Shown in pieces: positions 10,795 to 25,700 of a DNA stretch of 64,000 nt (position 1 is its first letter; the number at the start of each line of letters is the position of its first letter). The position numbers and the translations under genes were made by a program. The notes under the pieces are model-generated. The model was not told where the DNA came from. It made no database searches and saw only the letters and a program-made list of their open reading frames with translations. Origin of the DNA: Lingula anatina. Its lineage: Eukaryota; Animalia; Brachiopoda. The DNA lies in contig CM120640.1 in the NCBI GenBank assembly GCA_051362555.1, positions 6,200,001 through 6,264,000 of the forward strand. The letters run 5' to 3'.

Positions 10795-13700
10795 TCAATG
10801 GTAGCCATTGAAAGCGGCAGCAATCAGGGGACCCTGCAGGAAGCAGAGGGGCAGAGTGCATTAAACATTCACAGTCATCATTTAAAGCTCAGCAAAGAAC
10901 CATCATATAGTATGTGTGAGTGTGTGTCACACTGCAGAAGTAGGAGTCAAAATCTCTCCCTTCAATGAAAGATTGATGTGTCAGTGGTTTCTTTTATGTG
11001 ACAAGTCTGAACTCACGGTAGTATTTATTAATAGAGTATTTTCAAATGAACTTTTTTTGATGTGGAAAGTAAATTAAAAGCAAGGTCTATTAACAATAAA
11101 GGATGATTTTTTTCATTTTTCATTAAAAACATGTCAAAAAGTCTTCCCAAAGGTGACTCTATCACAACTCATCAATTACCAGTCTAAAGTCTATGACCAG
11201 AATAAGACCTTCTTTCACAGATTCCAGGTAGACTACCATGCTGTTTTTATGGCAAGTAAAAGCACTTTGATAGGAAATTAAAAGGCAAGGCAGCTTCTTT
11301 TTGTACTTGCGCTATTCAATAATCCAATGGTACATTATGCAGGGACACGGAGGCTAATTTCCAGTTATTGATAAGTCATCAATCTCTGCATTTAAAGGGT
11401 GAGATTAGAGTCACACTTCTGCTTAAAACAGTGCTTCATTAATTTAGTTTCAGATAGCAGACCACTCACGTAGTCAGTCATTTGAAATTCAAAAGAGGCC
11501 AAAATAGCAAAATCAATACAGGTTCTTTTTCAAAAGGATCCCGGAGTCCAGTATGGTCTGCTATCTCGGAATATAAAATACTGATCAGTAAAGCCCAGAT
11601 TAATGGAGGATCACTGCAGTTAATGATGATTACTTGCAACAAACTTCCCAACCATTACAATATCCAATAATAAACCTTCCTTTGATTAAGACCATCGTCA
11701 ACATGCAACATACCCCTTACACTGATTGAATATTATCAACATGCATAATTTATCGTTTAATAACTCCCCATGTGTATATAACAAGTTTGCTTGGCAATAA
11801 TTATACAATTATGGCAGCCATGGCATTTAGACCATGGAAGGAGAGGCCTCAAGCTCAACTGGGAGAGGATGGAGTGTTGTTTTACATGACACAAGTTAAT
11901 TAAACAAAAGTACTGTCATCTCTCAATGCCATAAATTATGGAGCAGTAAAACATGGGTTTTTTTGAAAAGGGCCTTATCAAAAGGGAATTAAAATCAATA
12001 CTTCACTTGTACTTATGCAAAGTGTTTGACAATCAATTTTTCTAGTGCAAAACAATCAAGTAAGCAATTGGATATTTATATATATGCAAAAACTCCCAAT
12101 TTCCCATCTTTTCCAAATAAATATTGCAAACATATTCAAACCTTGGGATAGACTTATTACTTAACGGTGCAAAAATTTGAAACCATAAGAAACCCCACTT
12201 CCCTGTTAGTGCTCCCAATACTGTCTTAAAAGAACATAAATAATAATAAGAAATGATGATACAAAAAGATTAGTATCTCACAACACTAATAAAAGTGGTT
12301 CAATATCTACATTTAAGGCAGGATAAATATGTTTCAAATGGTTTCAATTTTAAGCACATCAAAAAGAAGTTTCAATTGTCAAGTTTCCATTGTAACAAAC
12401 ATCTTGACCAATCAAGTCAGACCTATGGACCAAGCAAACTACTCAGCCAAAAGGTCTTATAGTACTGCTTTGCTTGCCATGGAATCTTGATAACAAAAAA
12501 CTAGCTAATAACACAAGCATAAAACATCCAAGCACTATAAGTACATGAAAACATGTTCAAAGATCACCCAAAGAACACTGCCTTCTAGTACATACTCTGC
12601 TTACAGCAAGATTAGGTGCGAATCCTGTCGGCTGCGGGCTGGCTGCTGGTACGTAACTCAGACTGTCATTGGAGTTGTAGGTCATGTCGATAGGGCCGGG
12701 ACTGTTGGCTGGAGGGAATCCGCGATTGTTAGCAGGTGAGGTAGGTGGTCCATATCCCTGTGGGAAGTTGTTCAGCATTGCTGCTAACCAAAGAAATACA
12801 TGACAGTTGAATTATGTGTAACAAACAATTCATGTAAACTTAAAACATGTTCACGAAAACAATTTTTGTGACTGTGAATTTCTTTGTTGTTGTTGTTATT
12901 ATTACTATTACTATTTAGTATGCTTGCAGTAGCAATGAATTTCAGCTCTGAACACACCAGGAACATTTAACAGTTCAGTTAATCACCTGTACATGATACA
13001 ACCAAACATGCTCAACTGTTAGTTAGTGGTGCCTGTGAGATTCTCGTCCAGATTAGTTTCAACTCCAAGCAAATTGCAAACAAATCCAAGCAACAAAAAT
13101 ACTAGTAGTATATGGTATGGTATAGTGTAATGTATATTATAGTGGCATATGTATATATATAGCCACAGATTTGAAATGTTGGTCATATATGTAAACATAT
13201 ATTTACACCCCTGATGTGAGAGCAGTTTGATCAGTGTACCTGTTTGTTTGAGCCCCATGGCACCATAGTAAGTACCTGCAGTGCGCTGTTGTGTAAAATG
13301 ATCCCTGTGCATGGGAGAGCTAGTTATTGGCATGGGTGAGGGCTCACTGCGCTGTACAGCAGTGCCGGCCAACTGGTGACTGCCTGGGTTCGGACTGTAT
13401 TCAGCATAGTAAGCAGCGGCTGCAGCCGCCGCGGCAGCCTGCCTGTCTGTTGCTGCTGTCGCTGCATTGACAGGAGCTGGGACAAATGTGTAACCAGGGA
13501 AGCCAGGAGAAGCTGGAAGGAAGGCAGCATGCTGGTCACCATGGCAATACAAAGCACCAAACTCCAAACTTGGTAAGGGCCCCTTACAACAAGGTCAAAT
13601 GGGCCTTTCAGAACATGGCGTTTTTGCTTAATATTAATACCTTTTTTCTTAAATAAGATGTCGCCTAAGTGCCAACATTTCAAGGCTTCCCTGGGAGATC

Positions 13701-16700
13701 ACTTGATCTTTATTCACACACTGCACACTGAAGGTACTTCCAGGAGTTTTTCTCCCCCACTCACCCACCCAACCCAACCCTAGGATTCCTCACAATTCAG
13801 TGAAAAATCTGGCTGTTATTAAATATCACACCAACAAAACTTTTAAAAAGACCTGATGAAGAATTTGGTTAAAAGAATAAAAACCACATGCAAGTAAATA
13901 TCTACTCCAAATCAAGCACTAATTTCTACAAGCCAATTTGTAAAAGACGTGTGCGGTGCAGAATAGGAAGACCAAGTCATGCAACCATGACTAAGACTTG
14001 AAACATTGGTCAATAACCTTGTGCTCATTATTAACAAGCAGAGTTCAATCCTTTTGTTGCTTTATCTCAAGTATTTAAGGGTTAAAAGTGGGCTGAATGT
14101 TATACATTTACACCATCAATATATCATGCAAACATCTACATGGTAAAACAATGGTTCCAGATCATCTACCAATGACAACGTCGTCATTAATTCAAAAGCA
14201 GGTTCTTTTCTAAAAATGAAACAATTTGGACACGGACTCAAGTAAGCAGCTCATATGTCTATTGTTATAATACTAAAAGAATTTGGACACTGACTAAAGC
14301 AGGTGGAAGTCCCAATTTAGTACTCACAAAGACCTGGTGGTCTTCTCCCCCTGGGAAGCCATAGAATACAAGTACGCCCACAGGAACATTTAATAAATCA
14401 ATCAATTTAAAAGAGAAAAGTTTGGAAGGTTACCAAATAAAGATAATATTCCTCATAAGAAGTAACAAGTATATTGTTTAACTAAACATTGTGTAATCCA
14501 ACTCAGGAAACTGCACCCATTTCCAACATTAAGATTTTTAAACAAACAATTAAACAAACATATGGACAAACAAACAAACAGATATACATTCAAACAAAGT
14601 TAACTAAAAATTGAACCAACAATGAGACTGTGTCCATGCAGTGTCCCCTAATCCCCCTGTCCATGAGCACTGGTTATATTGGTTTGTTAATCAAGCACCT
14701 GTAGACTAGGAGGTCACTACACCAAACTAAGCATAGCAGTGAGGGAATCCACACAAGGCTCCGAACTAGCTTCCACACAACACAACACTTTCAAGTGAAG
14801 ACAAGTAAGTTTGGAGTAATAATGATAATGATGATGGTAAAGAAATGGCACTGTACAAAAGAATTTGTTTTAATCAATGATGTAGAACAAAAATATGATT
14901 TTTTAAAAACATTTTTACATATGAAAGGCGGGCTAACATATAATAAACATCAACCACTGAGTACAGAGTGAGACTTTGTTAGTTATATATAAAGAGACAC
15001 AGCAAGTCACCCAAAAGTGTGCGTTGTGCGGGTGCAGCAATCTTCAGTAGGCCATATCCTACACAATAATAATAACAGTATCAAAAAGTCCACTCAAAAA
15101 AACACAGCTATAACTGTGGAAGCTAGATAGGGAGTAAAATTACAACACTGGACCCAGCTTGAGCAAAGGTCTTACCAGTTGCTCCACCATAACCAATGTA
15201 TCCGCCTCGACCGCGACCTCTGCCACGGCTTGCACCAAATGCGGCACCAATGCCTACAGCAGATAGAATGCTGCCTTTATTGTACTGGCCATCCTCAAGT
15301 TAATATACTTTAAGGCATGTACACAATGTGTATGCTGGTCACCATCAACTGCTATGCATAGTTCAGTAGTAGTAGTAGTAGGTATTCAAAGCAATTTCCA
15401 TATTGATATGTAGGTAGAGGAAATGAAAGCATGATCAGAATAGAATTGATCTACGAATCTGGCACATGCTTTTATTTCACCGTGTAAGATTACTAAAGCC
15501 AACAAGAAAAGCAACTCAAACACCTCTTGCTTTAGAACCATAACAAAAATAATCATTTCCTATTTTTCAGATATTGCTTATTTTCACCACTTAGTCATTG
15601 TAAGTTTCATTTTGTGATAATAAAGTATGCTCCCACTGGTTGCTAAGAAACCAAGTCACACTACTGAAAAAAAAAAGTCTGAAGTGCTCAGGGAAACCTG
15701 CCACTTCTAATAACCTAAATACTCTATAGAGCAGAATAGAAATTTTTCATCCAGTAAGTTAATGCTGAGGCAGTTTTTCTTATCATTTGAACTTGAGCTC
15801 TGTACATTAGAGACCAGAATACTCTGAAATCAACAGTTCCCAGATGCACAGGGTGGTCCAAGTGTCCCAGACCAACTTCCATAAATGTACGATTAACATT
15901 TTCCAGAAACTTTGGACTGCCCCACAGTTCACCTATGGTCAAAAGATCAGCTAAGGAATAAAGTTACCCACACAACATATTATCCAGGGTTCAAAAGAAG
16001 GTGGCTTGTTTCAATTTCTGTTTTCTGGTTTAAAAAAATCTGATCAGCTGATTTGAAAGTACGTAAAAATAATATGCTAACTTCTTTGCTGCCCCAAGTG
16101 AGTTATTCAGTGTTCCTCTAGCTGGTCACTGTGATAACAAAGAGCTTATACCTGTCATGTACCACAAAATGAACTGTAATGTTTTCTTGATACACACAGA
16201 GACATGTGGGTTACATGTGTGGTGTACCAGGCTCGGCACCATGACAACGCTTACCTGCTGTTGGAAGAAAATAGCCTGGTCCATAGGCTGGGAGACCAGC
16301 ACGTCCATATGCTGCTGCGTAGGTAGGGAACCCAGGGAAGTAACCTTGAAAATCAGGGTACAGAAATTCCATTAACTTTTTAAAAAGAGGTTAATAAACT
16401 ATTAACTGTGACTCTGAATATGTATATATCACAATACAAAAATACTACTTTTTAATTGACATGGATGGTATAACAACACATGCATTATGTGTGAAAGCAA
16501 GGAGAGTTTGATATGGATTTTAACAATACTATTAAACATCTGTTGGGTTAATCAACAATATGTGGTTATAAACAGCAAAGTGACAGACAAGCAAAAAATA
16601 TAGGCATATAAATACACAGTAGAAAAAGACAGTACATGCATGTTGATCAGAATAACAATGAAGATGTCATATTTCCTTCAGCTGCTCTTAACCTGGTGAA

Positions 16701-19700
16701 TTATTAAATAACAGTCTTCGGGAAATATGTTATCTTTGTATAAATCACTGCAGTGAGCAACCCTGTGGCAAGGTGTCCCCGCATGCCTCTCCAGTGCTAG
16801 GTTACCAAAGCAAGGCACAGGCCAACAATATACACAGGTTATACATTTTATTGCATTTTTAATATTATACATGTGATAACTCTTCACATTTTCTCATTAA
16901 GCAAAAGATGTAATATTAACATTGAGATGGGTTGTTAAAAAGTTTGAATAGAATCCTCGTTTAGAAATATATTTCGAAAAAGGGATTGATACTGCTTTTG
17001 AAGTCCAAATGAGAGTTAATCACTTCAAAACAAACTTGATATAAAATTAATCCTTTAGATGTATTATGTGGGACGCTCTTGCCAATATGGGTATGCTTTT
17101 ATCACCAGCTAGCTAGTAAATAATTACTTCCAACAAAAATGATGTGGAAAACTACATACTTGCAAGTGCTTCGGATGGATTCATAGGTAAGAGCTCAAGA
17201 CCCGTTTTTTGCAGGTGCATTGCAATTTCTATAAAAAGAAAGAAATTTGTTTGAAGGCATTTTTTTATAACTTTGATCCTTGCAAGTCTCCACATTCTCC
17301 ATGCAACAGGAATCCATTCTCCATCTGCTCAAATAGAGGCTGACATCTGCTCCAATTCCAAACAGAGGCTAACATCTGCTTAGTGACTGCATCAGCCTCT
17401 GACAGGGGTGTAGGGAGGGGATTTTTTTTTTTTTTGTTTTAAACACAAATCAATGATGTTAGAAATAAAATTCCATCTACTTTACTAACATGAATATACT
17501 TATGACTCAAAGCGAAAATGACTGGAAAATAACAAGGGTTTTTTTAATTGGTTATTATGAATCAACTCACAACTGAAACAGGACAAAATCTTCAAACATA
17601 CTTCAGGCCTTGTAATGCAAAGAAATGACCATGAATAAGGCCCTTTTGAGGAACATCTGCAATCTTGGCTCTATGTTTTTCAGGAAAATTTTTCAATAAC
17701 TTGATCTTTTTTTTTCTTTTTCCTTTTGGTTGAGGTAAGAAAGAAATAGGGCAATTCTTTGTCGAGTGAAAATAAGACTTATGCTCCAATAAATGCTTCT
17801 TTCAAAGTACCAATATTCCGTAGCCAATACAAACAGTCTACACACTACAGTACAGAGTAGAATTCTTGCAGATGCTTTCTAAGATTACAAAACAAATCCC
17901 GCTTTTAAATTTCTACCTGCTAAACTCATGGGTCTGTTAGGTTTACGTTAAATTTATAACTGCTACTTCTGCTTGCAGCAAACATCAAACCTTCAAACAT
18001 AAGATACAATACATATGTCCTACTGCCCCTGTAGTGTTAGAATGAACTTTTCTATACATGTGAGGGGCCACAATGTTTCTAATCATTTAGTAGCACATCT
18101 GTTTTAGTCAATTAACTGGAACAAAGCAGAAGAAAAAGCCCACAGTTTATTAAACAAGAAAGTTAAGTGGCAACAACCACACACCGCCAGTAAATAAATA
18201 CAACTGTATATATGTATATATATACCGATGCAATGGCCTGCAGTCAATACACACAAATGGGGCAAAGTTTGAAGGTGTGGTATTTGGTGCAATGGGCCAC
18301 ACAACAAAGCAAGAAATAATGAAAGGAGGCACGTCTATGTAAGCTTACGCTTACCGTAACCACCATGAACCAAACCCCTACCTCTGGTCAGATTTGTCGG
18401 GTTCATCACTTCTTTTGGCTGTGCTTTCTTGCATTCCACCTGAAAAGTAAACAATCTTTCACTTAATTTATTCACAAAACCTCAAACAGGAAACTGTAAA
18501 ATAAGCAAGGTAAGATGAACACCTATCTTCCACATATCACCATGATGCAAAAATCATGTAGGCCGTCTGAAACACCTTCCATGCTTATAAACAACATTCT
18601 TGGGCATTTGTGGGGTATTTTTAGTGTTTACTCTCAACCCCTGCTGAAAAATTTTATATGATTAAGGATCTCTTTTGCAGAGATAAATATTTATGTTTCT
18701 GGTTATCAATTAGCCGTGACTTCACTATAGGTGGCAGCACGCTAGTCTCCAGTGGCATAAGTTGATAAGCCGAAGAGTTATCTTTTCATCATTTTTCACT
18801 GCCTCTCTGTCATTTACCAGGACATAAAGATGTTCAGAGTCTAGAATATTTTATCTTGGTTAGAAACAGGACGATTATAATGGCATGTTGCCTTACAGGC
18901 TGTTATTATCAAAGGAGTTGTCTGGTCTAACTTCAACCATGTGGAACAGTTCACATGTTGGATATGTTCTCAAGAAGTTTTAAGCTTTCTTCTGCCAACA
19001 TGCCAACAAACAAGCCAAAAATGATCTGCAAAGCTGTCAATTAGGAAAGAGTTATTTTCAAATGTACCAATTATGCTTCACAGTCGTACAATTTTCTCCC
19101 TAAATCAATGATCAATACTAAGTAGCTTATGGCTACATATTGGTAACTGGCAACATAAAGTCTTTTAATTATGCTGACAAACTGGATAAAGCTGTGTGTA
19201 TCTCACAACCAGTTTATTACAGTTTACGTAAGGGTCCAATTCATTGAGAACTTGGTAAGGTTTGCCAAATAATGTCTGACATTGTTAGTAACCATTGATT
19301 TTTATTCGTGAGAATGAACAGCATCAAGCGAGCCTGCAATAACACAATCAAATTCTGATAATGATGTTAGTGACATGGGTCCGCTTCTCAATCAAGAAAC
19401 AATAGTCAATGAGAATACCATGTGTCTTTTCTATTCAAATAACTTCTGTGAACTAGAGGAAAAGTTTCACATGCTCCTCAATTCAAATAATGGCAAACTG
19501 TACTCAACTGTACATCTAGTTACCTTAATAAAACTATTTATGTACTTCTTACAAGCTGTAAATAAACTTTAAGAATACCCACTGAGTCACAATGGAACAA
19601 TACATCTAGGCCAACAACTTCATGCAACGAAAGCTCATAAATTATGAACCTGACAGTTATGGCTCTATTTATTCTTTTACAATAGTTTGGTGCTTTAGGT

Positions 19701-22700
19701 TAAATACAAACACAATTAATGTCAAGAATTTAAGAACCTTGCGTATTACACCAATTTCCCTCCCATCAAACCCAGACCCCTAGCATGCTTCAGCCAGGGT
19801 GGAGGAGATTATAATTTCATATTCAGCTCATTTCTAATGGCCAATGTCAAAACCAATATTATTTTATGGATGCATGAACCTAATGAGGATTACTTATTTT
19901 GGGAAAATTAATGTCAATCTCACTTCATTAGCAGCAAGTCAGCATGATGAGTGCAAGCCAGCGCAATGCACAGCTGGTGTCTACCTGAACTTTTCACAAG
20001 ACTTTACCAAACATGGCAGCACACGTCAAGACACATCTTAATGCTTACATTACTTGCTACCTACAGAGTAAATATTCCCACTTCCCCAATTCCAGCCCAT
20101 CTAAAAGGGCACTGCACTGCTTGTTAGCAAAGTACCTTATTTTCTCTTGATTTACATTTCACTCTGATGTCTCTGTTAATTACCAATCTCAGACAGGGGG
20201 GAAGAGTTGAATTCACAGACGGCTCTCAGGGTCAGTAAGATGGTCAACTCGATTCCCATGGACAATCACATGCAGCATGCTATGCCAAAAAGATTTGACA
20301 GAGCCATCTTAATCTATTATCTAAATTCCAATATATTTCCCTGCTCTTCATGCAGTGTGCCCACGTGGCATGTTCCTCTCTAACAAGCCTTTGATTAATG
20401 GGGAGTTCTTATAAAGTGAGGAGGAATTACAGTACACAATGGTTCAATGAAAAAAAAAAGTAACATTCTCATTATTTCACCTACCTGCATTTCTAAGTTT
20501 TGTGGGCAGGAATTACATACGTACCATTTTGTTATTTATTTCGTGGAAGTGAATTTCACAGATCTTGTCCACAACATCTTCCATCTCAAACGTAACAAAT
20601 GCAAAACCTGAAAAAGGGGAAAAAAAACATTTAAATATACCAACCATATAAAACAAATTATTATTGTAATAAATTCCATGCAATAAAAAAAAAGATATGA
20701 AAGAGCTAAAAATAATGGAAAAAGATGTTGATCAAACTATTACCTTGTCAAAATATTGTTTTGAAATCACTATAGTTTTATTTGGAAACCACATACCACA
20801 GCTGTTAGTAACCAACATGAATTAAGAAATTTAAGATGAGAAGAAAAAGTACTATAATTGTTATCTACCAGTTAAAACAATGCATGGCATGGCTTTCTTT
20901 CACAAAGATCAACAGGCAGACAAATGTGCTGTCAAGGAATGGGAGATCTTACTACATAAAAGCTGTCAGATTGCGTGCTTGCGGTTCAAAATACTTGTAT
21001 AATTGACGCATGATATATGCTGCCCTTAATGACCTCTATTGCATCATGGAATAGAAATAATGATTTTCCAATTTCCATGCAGTTTACTGAAAATTACAGC
21101 TTCAACGACAAGAATATTAAGCAGGAGATCACCTGCAGATGGAAAACTTTATCGTTATTTACTTGAAGCAAATGACCTGTGTTAAAATAGTAGATGGCCT
21201 GCTCAATTTCAAATGGCAACGAACATACAAAAAATGCACTTTAAACCTAAATTCCAGCACCAACTAATGCCAACCAGACTGCTTGAGAGACTGTTGCCAT
21301 AGGTACAGCAATTGTTTATGGCTTTGGAAAAACAAATACAGCATTTCAGACCAGCCCTGACGGAAAAAATCCCAGATACTGCTGACCCCATCAACTCTTA
21401 AATGCATGCACACTGCACTGCATTGCAAGATGGACATGTTAAAAGTAAATTTCATTTTGGTTTCTAGAAGGGAGATTTATTTTTGTTTAAATTGGATGTA
21501 TTATGGCAAAACTATAAGTGAATATGACACCTGACATCTGGTTGGCAAATCAAAGTAATTTCTCTCCAGATAAAGTACCACAGAGCAGTATATTCAAGCC
21601 ATATGGTTCCCCCTCTCCCTAAACATGGCTGCATATGTTTCAGTAACTAGAAACAAACAGACTGCAATGGTCAGCAGACGCGCAATGATGTACTAATAAT
21701 GTCACTTGATGGCCTCAAGGTTTCAATTTCCTTTCATCTACTTCTGCATCATGCACAAATTTTCAAGGCAGATTGAAGCTGTTAAATCTCATGTAATAAC
21801 TTCTACCAGACACTTTGAGAGTGTTCATTTCCATTTTTAATGCCAAATTCCCAACAAAAAAGGGCATTAACAGCGAAGATGGAGCATGTTATCTAAGAAT
21901 TTTTTAACATGAAAATTTTTATCCTTTTCCCCACCCCCACACACTGCAATTTTTTAACATGAAAATTTTTATCCTTTTCCCCACCCCCACACACTGCATT
22001 GTCACGCTTGGCGTATCCCCCCTCCCTTAAAACAGAGGAGCTTCCACATACAGAAGACCACATTCCAGATAAAATGTGACTCTTATGAAGATGTAATCTA
22101 GCCTACTTGTAATCTCTTTCCCATCACAAAATGACTGGGTAGCTTCAGTAATAGTGTGGGCCTGTAATTATATTGTTGTCCCCTATACTTCTGTCATCCA
22201 CTACTACTGTAGAGATAAAAACACCAGTAACAGGATACACAACACGCAACCCCTCTATTAACTTGGGTTCATGCTCAGCTACAGTAGTGCACAAGGCCTG
22301 GGACAAAAGCAAGTGGAAATATGTGTAAATACTTCCACCTAGACCAGGACAGAAAATGGAGGCTGAAAGTCATCCGACAGCCAAAGTTAATATAACTTTC
22401 AACTTTTACCTGTTAATGACACTAGAAAATTAAATTTTTGATGGAAAAGTAATCAAGCACATAATCTCATAGTATCAGTGGGACAGGCCATGATTTATTG
22501 CTCCTTTCTCACCTATCAGTCAGTGCCATCTAGAGACAAGATTTATGTGGACATCGCCTCACTCTACACAGAGATGGAATTAAGCAGATATTAGATGGGA
22601 ATAATACCGATCATCTACATCAATTTCCATCGTTTCTAAACCAAAAAAAAAGTCAGGATTGGATTCTGCAAACCGCTTGCAATATGACAACTCTAATCCC

Positions 22701-25700
22701 ATTAGGTAGCTTAATTGGAGTCGTATTTAATAACCACCTACTTCATTCAGTACCATTCTTAATGAGCACCCATATGGCAATTTAAACATGCAGGACATTG
22801 AAAAATGCTGCTTTAATAACAAAGCACATCTACTGAATAATACCCATACATCGTATCTGAAGAGAAATCAAACAAATGGTTTTATGACAGTCCCATGTCC
22901 ATGTAATTTAGAACCTATATCTCACCAACAAGTCATGTATATCAAATCTAATAACTGTCGTACATCTTTGATATGATACTTAATTCATACCAATTCAGAA
23001 CCATATCCACGCTGCTATCTATTCAAACAAAGTTTCATTTGACAGTTTCTGTCATATCATTTGGAATGCCCTTGTCGATTTACGCTTTCTCAAGCAACAC
23101 AATATTGTTTCTCCTAATATAAAAAGAGAAATGCTGACTGACAGATGGATAGGCTTCTTGAGTAGGCAGAGTGTACAAGCCTGGATAAGTACTACTAGTA
23201 AAGGAGGGAGAAACACCTTTATTGCCAAAGGGAAAACCAATCAATACCGTGCAATTTTCCTTTAATTCATCAAGACCTGTTAGAGAAAAACAATGGACAT
23301 GGATTGGTAACCCACAAACCAGGGTGCTATTTAAACCCCCAGTGGTTGATAGGAATATCTTATCTATAAATAAGAAGTTGCCTTTACCACGCTCAATTAA
23401 CCATTAACATAATTAATGTGATTCATTTTCTTCAGTTCTGCACTCAGTATCAGTAACTCCTACTCATATAAACTGTCCACGAAGTAGAATGGAGTAAATC
23501 AGCACAAAAATACATACTGTCACAGTCCTGTCATTAATTTTTGTATAGATTCTCTGCTGGGTTATTTTGAATACCATTATTTGGACAAATGTTGGGGATC
23601 AATACCATTGTAAGGTACTTCCTCTCATGAACAACATGTTAAACACCAATGTCCTCAGCAAATAGCAACCTGGTTAGGTGCTTATGTCATAAGTCTATAT
23701 CAAATACCCACTGGCTATCTCAGCTGGCCAAGATAACACACACCTTAATACTGGCCAATTTATCTATCTATCTCTATTTATACATATGCCTTTATAACTG
23801 TCCCTTCCTCATGGCATTTATATAAGGCAAGCTATGTTACTTCAGTCACGTTTAATTTCCTACCGCACAAAGGGGAGTTAGCACATCATTATTGGGAACA
23901 GGAGATTAAAACTACCATTATTTATCAAATTATATTTCCACCACAGGAGGACCACAGCAAACTGTGCAGTTAGTTCACTCGTGGTGTGCGTGCTAATCCC
24001 AGGCTTTAATATAGAGCCCCCTGCCAAAACATGAAGGAATATTAGGCAATATTCTTCTCCATTGTTTGGCTACCACAATTCTGTGTTAGATAACGGTGAA
24101 CCACTTTTCAAACACAACACTATATGGCACCATACAACAATGGTAGAGCTGCGCCATGCTGGACCCACCCACAATGGCTGCTCATAAGCCAAATGTTTTT
24201 TTTGGCAGCATGAAATTTAATGTATGCAATCAGCTTTTCCTCCTATTTTGACTTTCAAATAAAAGAGAATGCTATGAATAGAATCTAGTTAAAATTTTGA
24301 AGTTGGTTTTTGTATAAAGTTCAAAGCGAAAGTCACGCCAGCATTGTGTGTCAGTTTCAAAAGGCATAAGAAAGTGAATGGCTCCTATAAGCTGAGACCC
24401 TGGGTTAGTGAAACATAATACATTTTATCCTTAAATTGCAAATTTAAAGTAGTCAGAATAAAGAGAAAACAAGATTTCAATGAAAACAGCACACAACTAT
24501 GAAATGACCTTTACATTTCACACGCTTCATATTTCAATCGAAATTCTGGCTACATACACATAGATTGTCCAAGTCTATTTATTCAGAAAATGCCCTTGGT
24601 ACATAAAACTGAGTCAAATTATACTCATGTTTTGTTAAAGCTTCTGACCTAGTATGTAACATGGGAAATAACTGGTTCTTTGTCCCCTTGGCCACAGGTA
24701 TTTGAACACGCTGTGTACCTTATACACAACCAAATTCCTGCCTTCAATGACATCTTTTCTGTGCAGAATCACAGAATCCAAAACAAGCCTTTTCCAATGG
24801 TTTACTTTTCACGACTTCTAAACATTTCAGGAGTCAAGTAGTTAGTTTAGGATCAATAGTAATAATGCCAAATGAATATTTTCTTTGCTTTATATATTAC
24901 TTCTGTCAGACAGAAGTAAACCACTTTTTGCTACTTTAATATGTCAGTCTGCTTTATTAAAAATTCTACCACCTAAAAAGTCTTCTTTAACAAACTACGT
25001 TTTTAAGTCTGCATTTCACAACTACCATTTTTTTCTGTCTGTTGTTAGGAAATGTTATTTATCAAAATACAAATCTTTCTCATTAAAATGTTATTATGTA
25101 TCAGAGAACACATCTTTTTTGGTGTAAAGTGTCATATATCTGATGATGGATTCCCTTGGCTGAACTGTTATTTATATTATGTGCTCTAGGACGATAGACT
25201 GAATCTGAACTTTCTGGCAGAATTAGTTGACAACTTTCTGTCTTCAGCACAGTTCAAAAAGGACTTTCTGTCTTCAGTGCAGTTCATCTCTCTTCAGTAC
25301 AGTTCAAAGGGAACTTTCTGTCTACACTACAGTGCAAAAAGGACTTTCTGTCTACAGTACAGTTTGAAATGTAAGAGAGATCTACCTGTTTTTCACCATC
25401 ACTCAATTGTTCTCAACTGGGTCTTCAATCATTTCTGATTGATCAGCCATTGCAACGATTCTATTGCAAGGGTTGCCATTTGTTTCCTTAATTTGCACTG
25501 AAGAATTTGGCAAATCACTGCATCAGCCTTCATTGATCAATGAAACTAATGACCCAGAGTCCATTTAGTTCTCAATTGGGGCTACTAGTGAAGGGGCCTG
25601 CTGTTTGATTGAATTAAGAACCACTTTCTCATTTCCATCTCATCCACCAACACATTTTTCATCACTTTTGCTCATTGTCTGTGGGTTTGCTACTTCATCC

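Noticed and set aside
14328-14350. Possible 23-nt Musashi micro-exon (CCCAG|...|GTGAGT)
   Set aside because: It is not frame-preserving among phase-1 neighbours and has no homology support. A poison exon cannot be excluded without RNA data.
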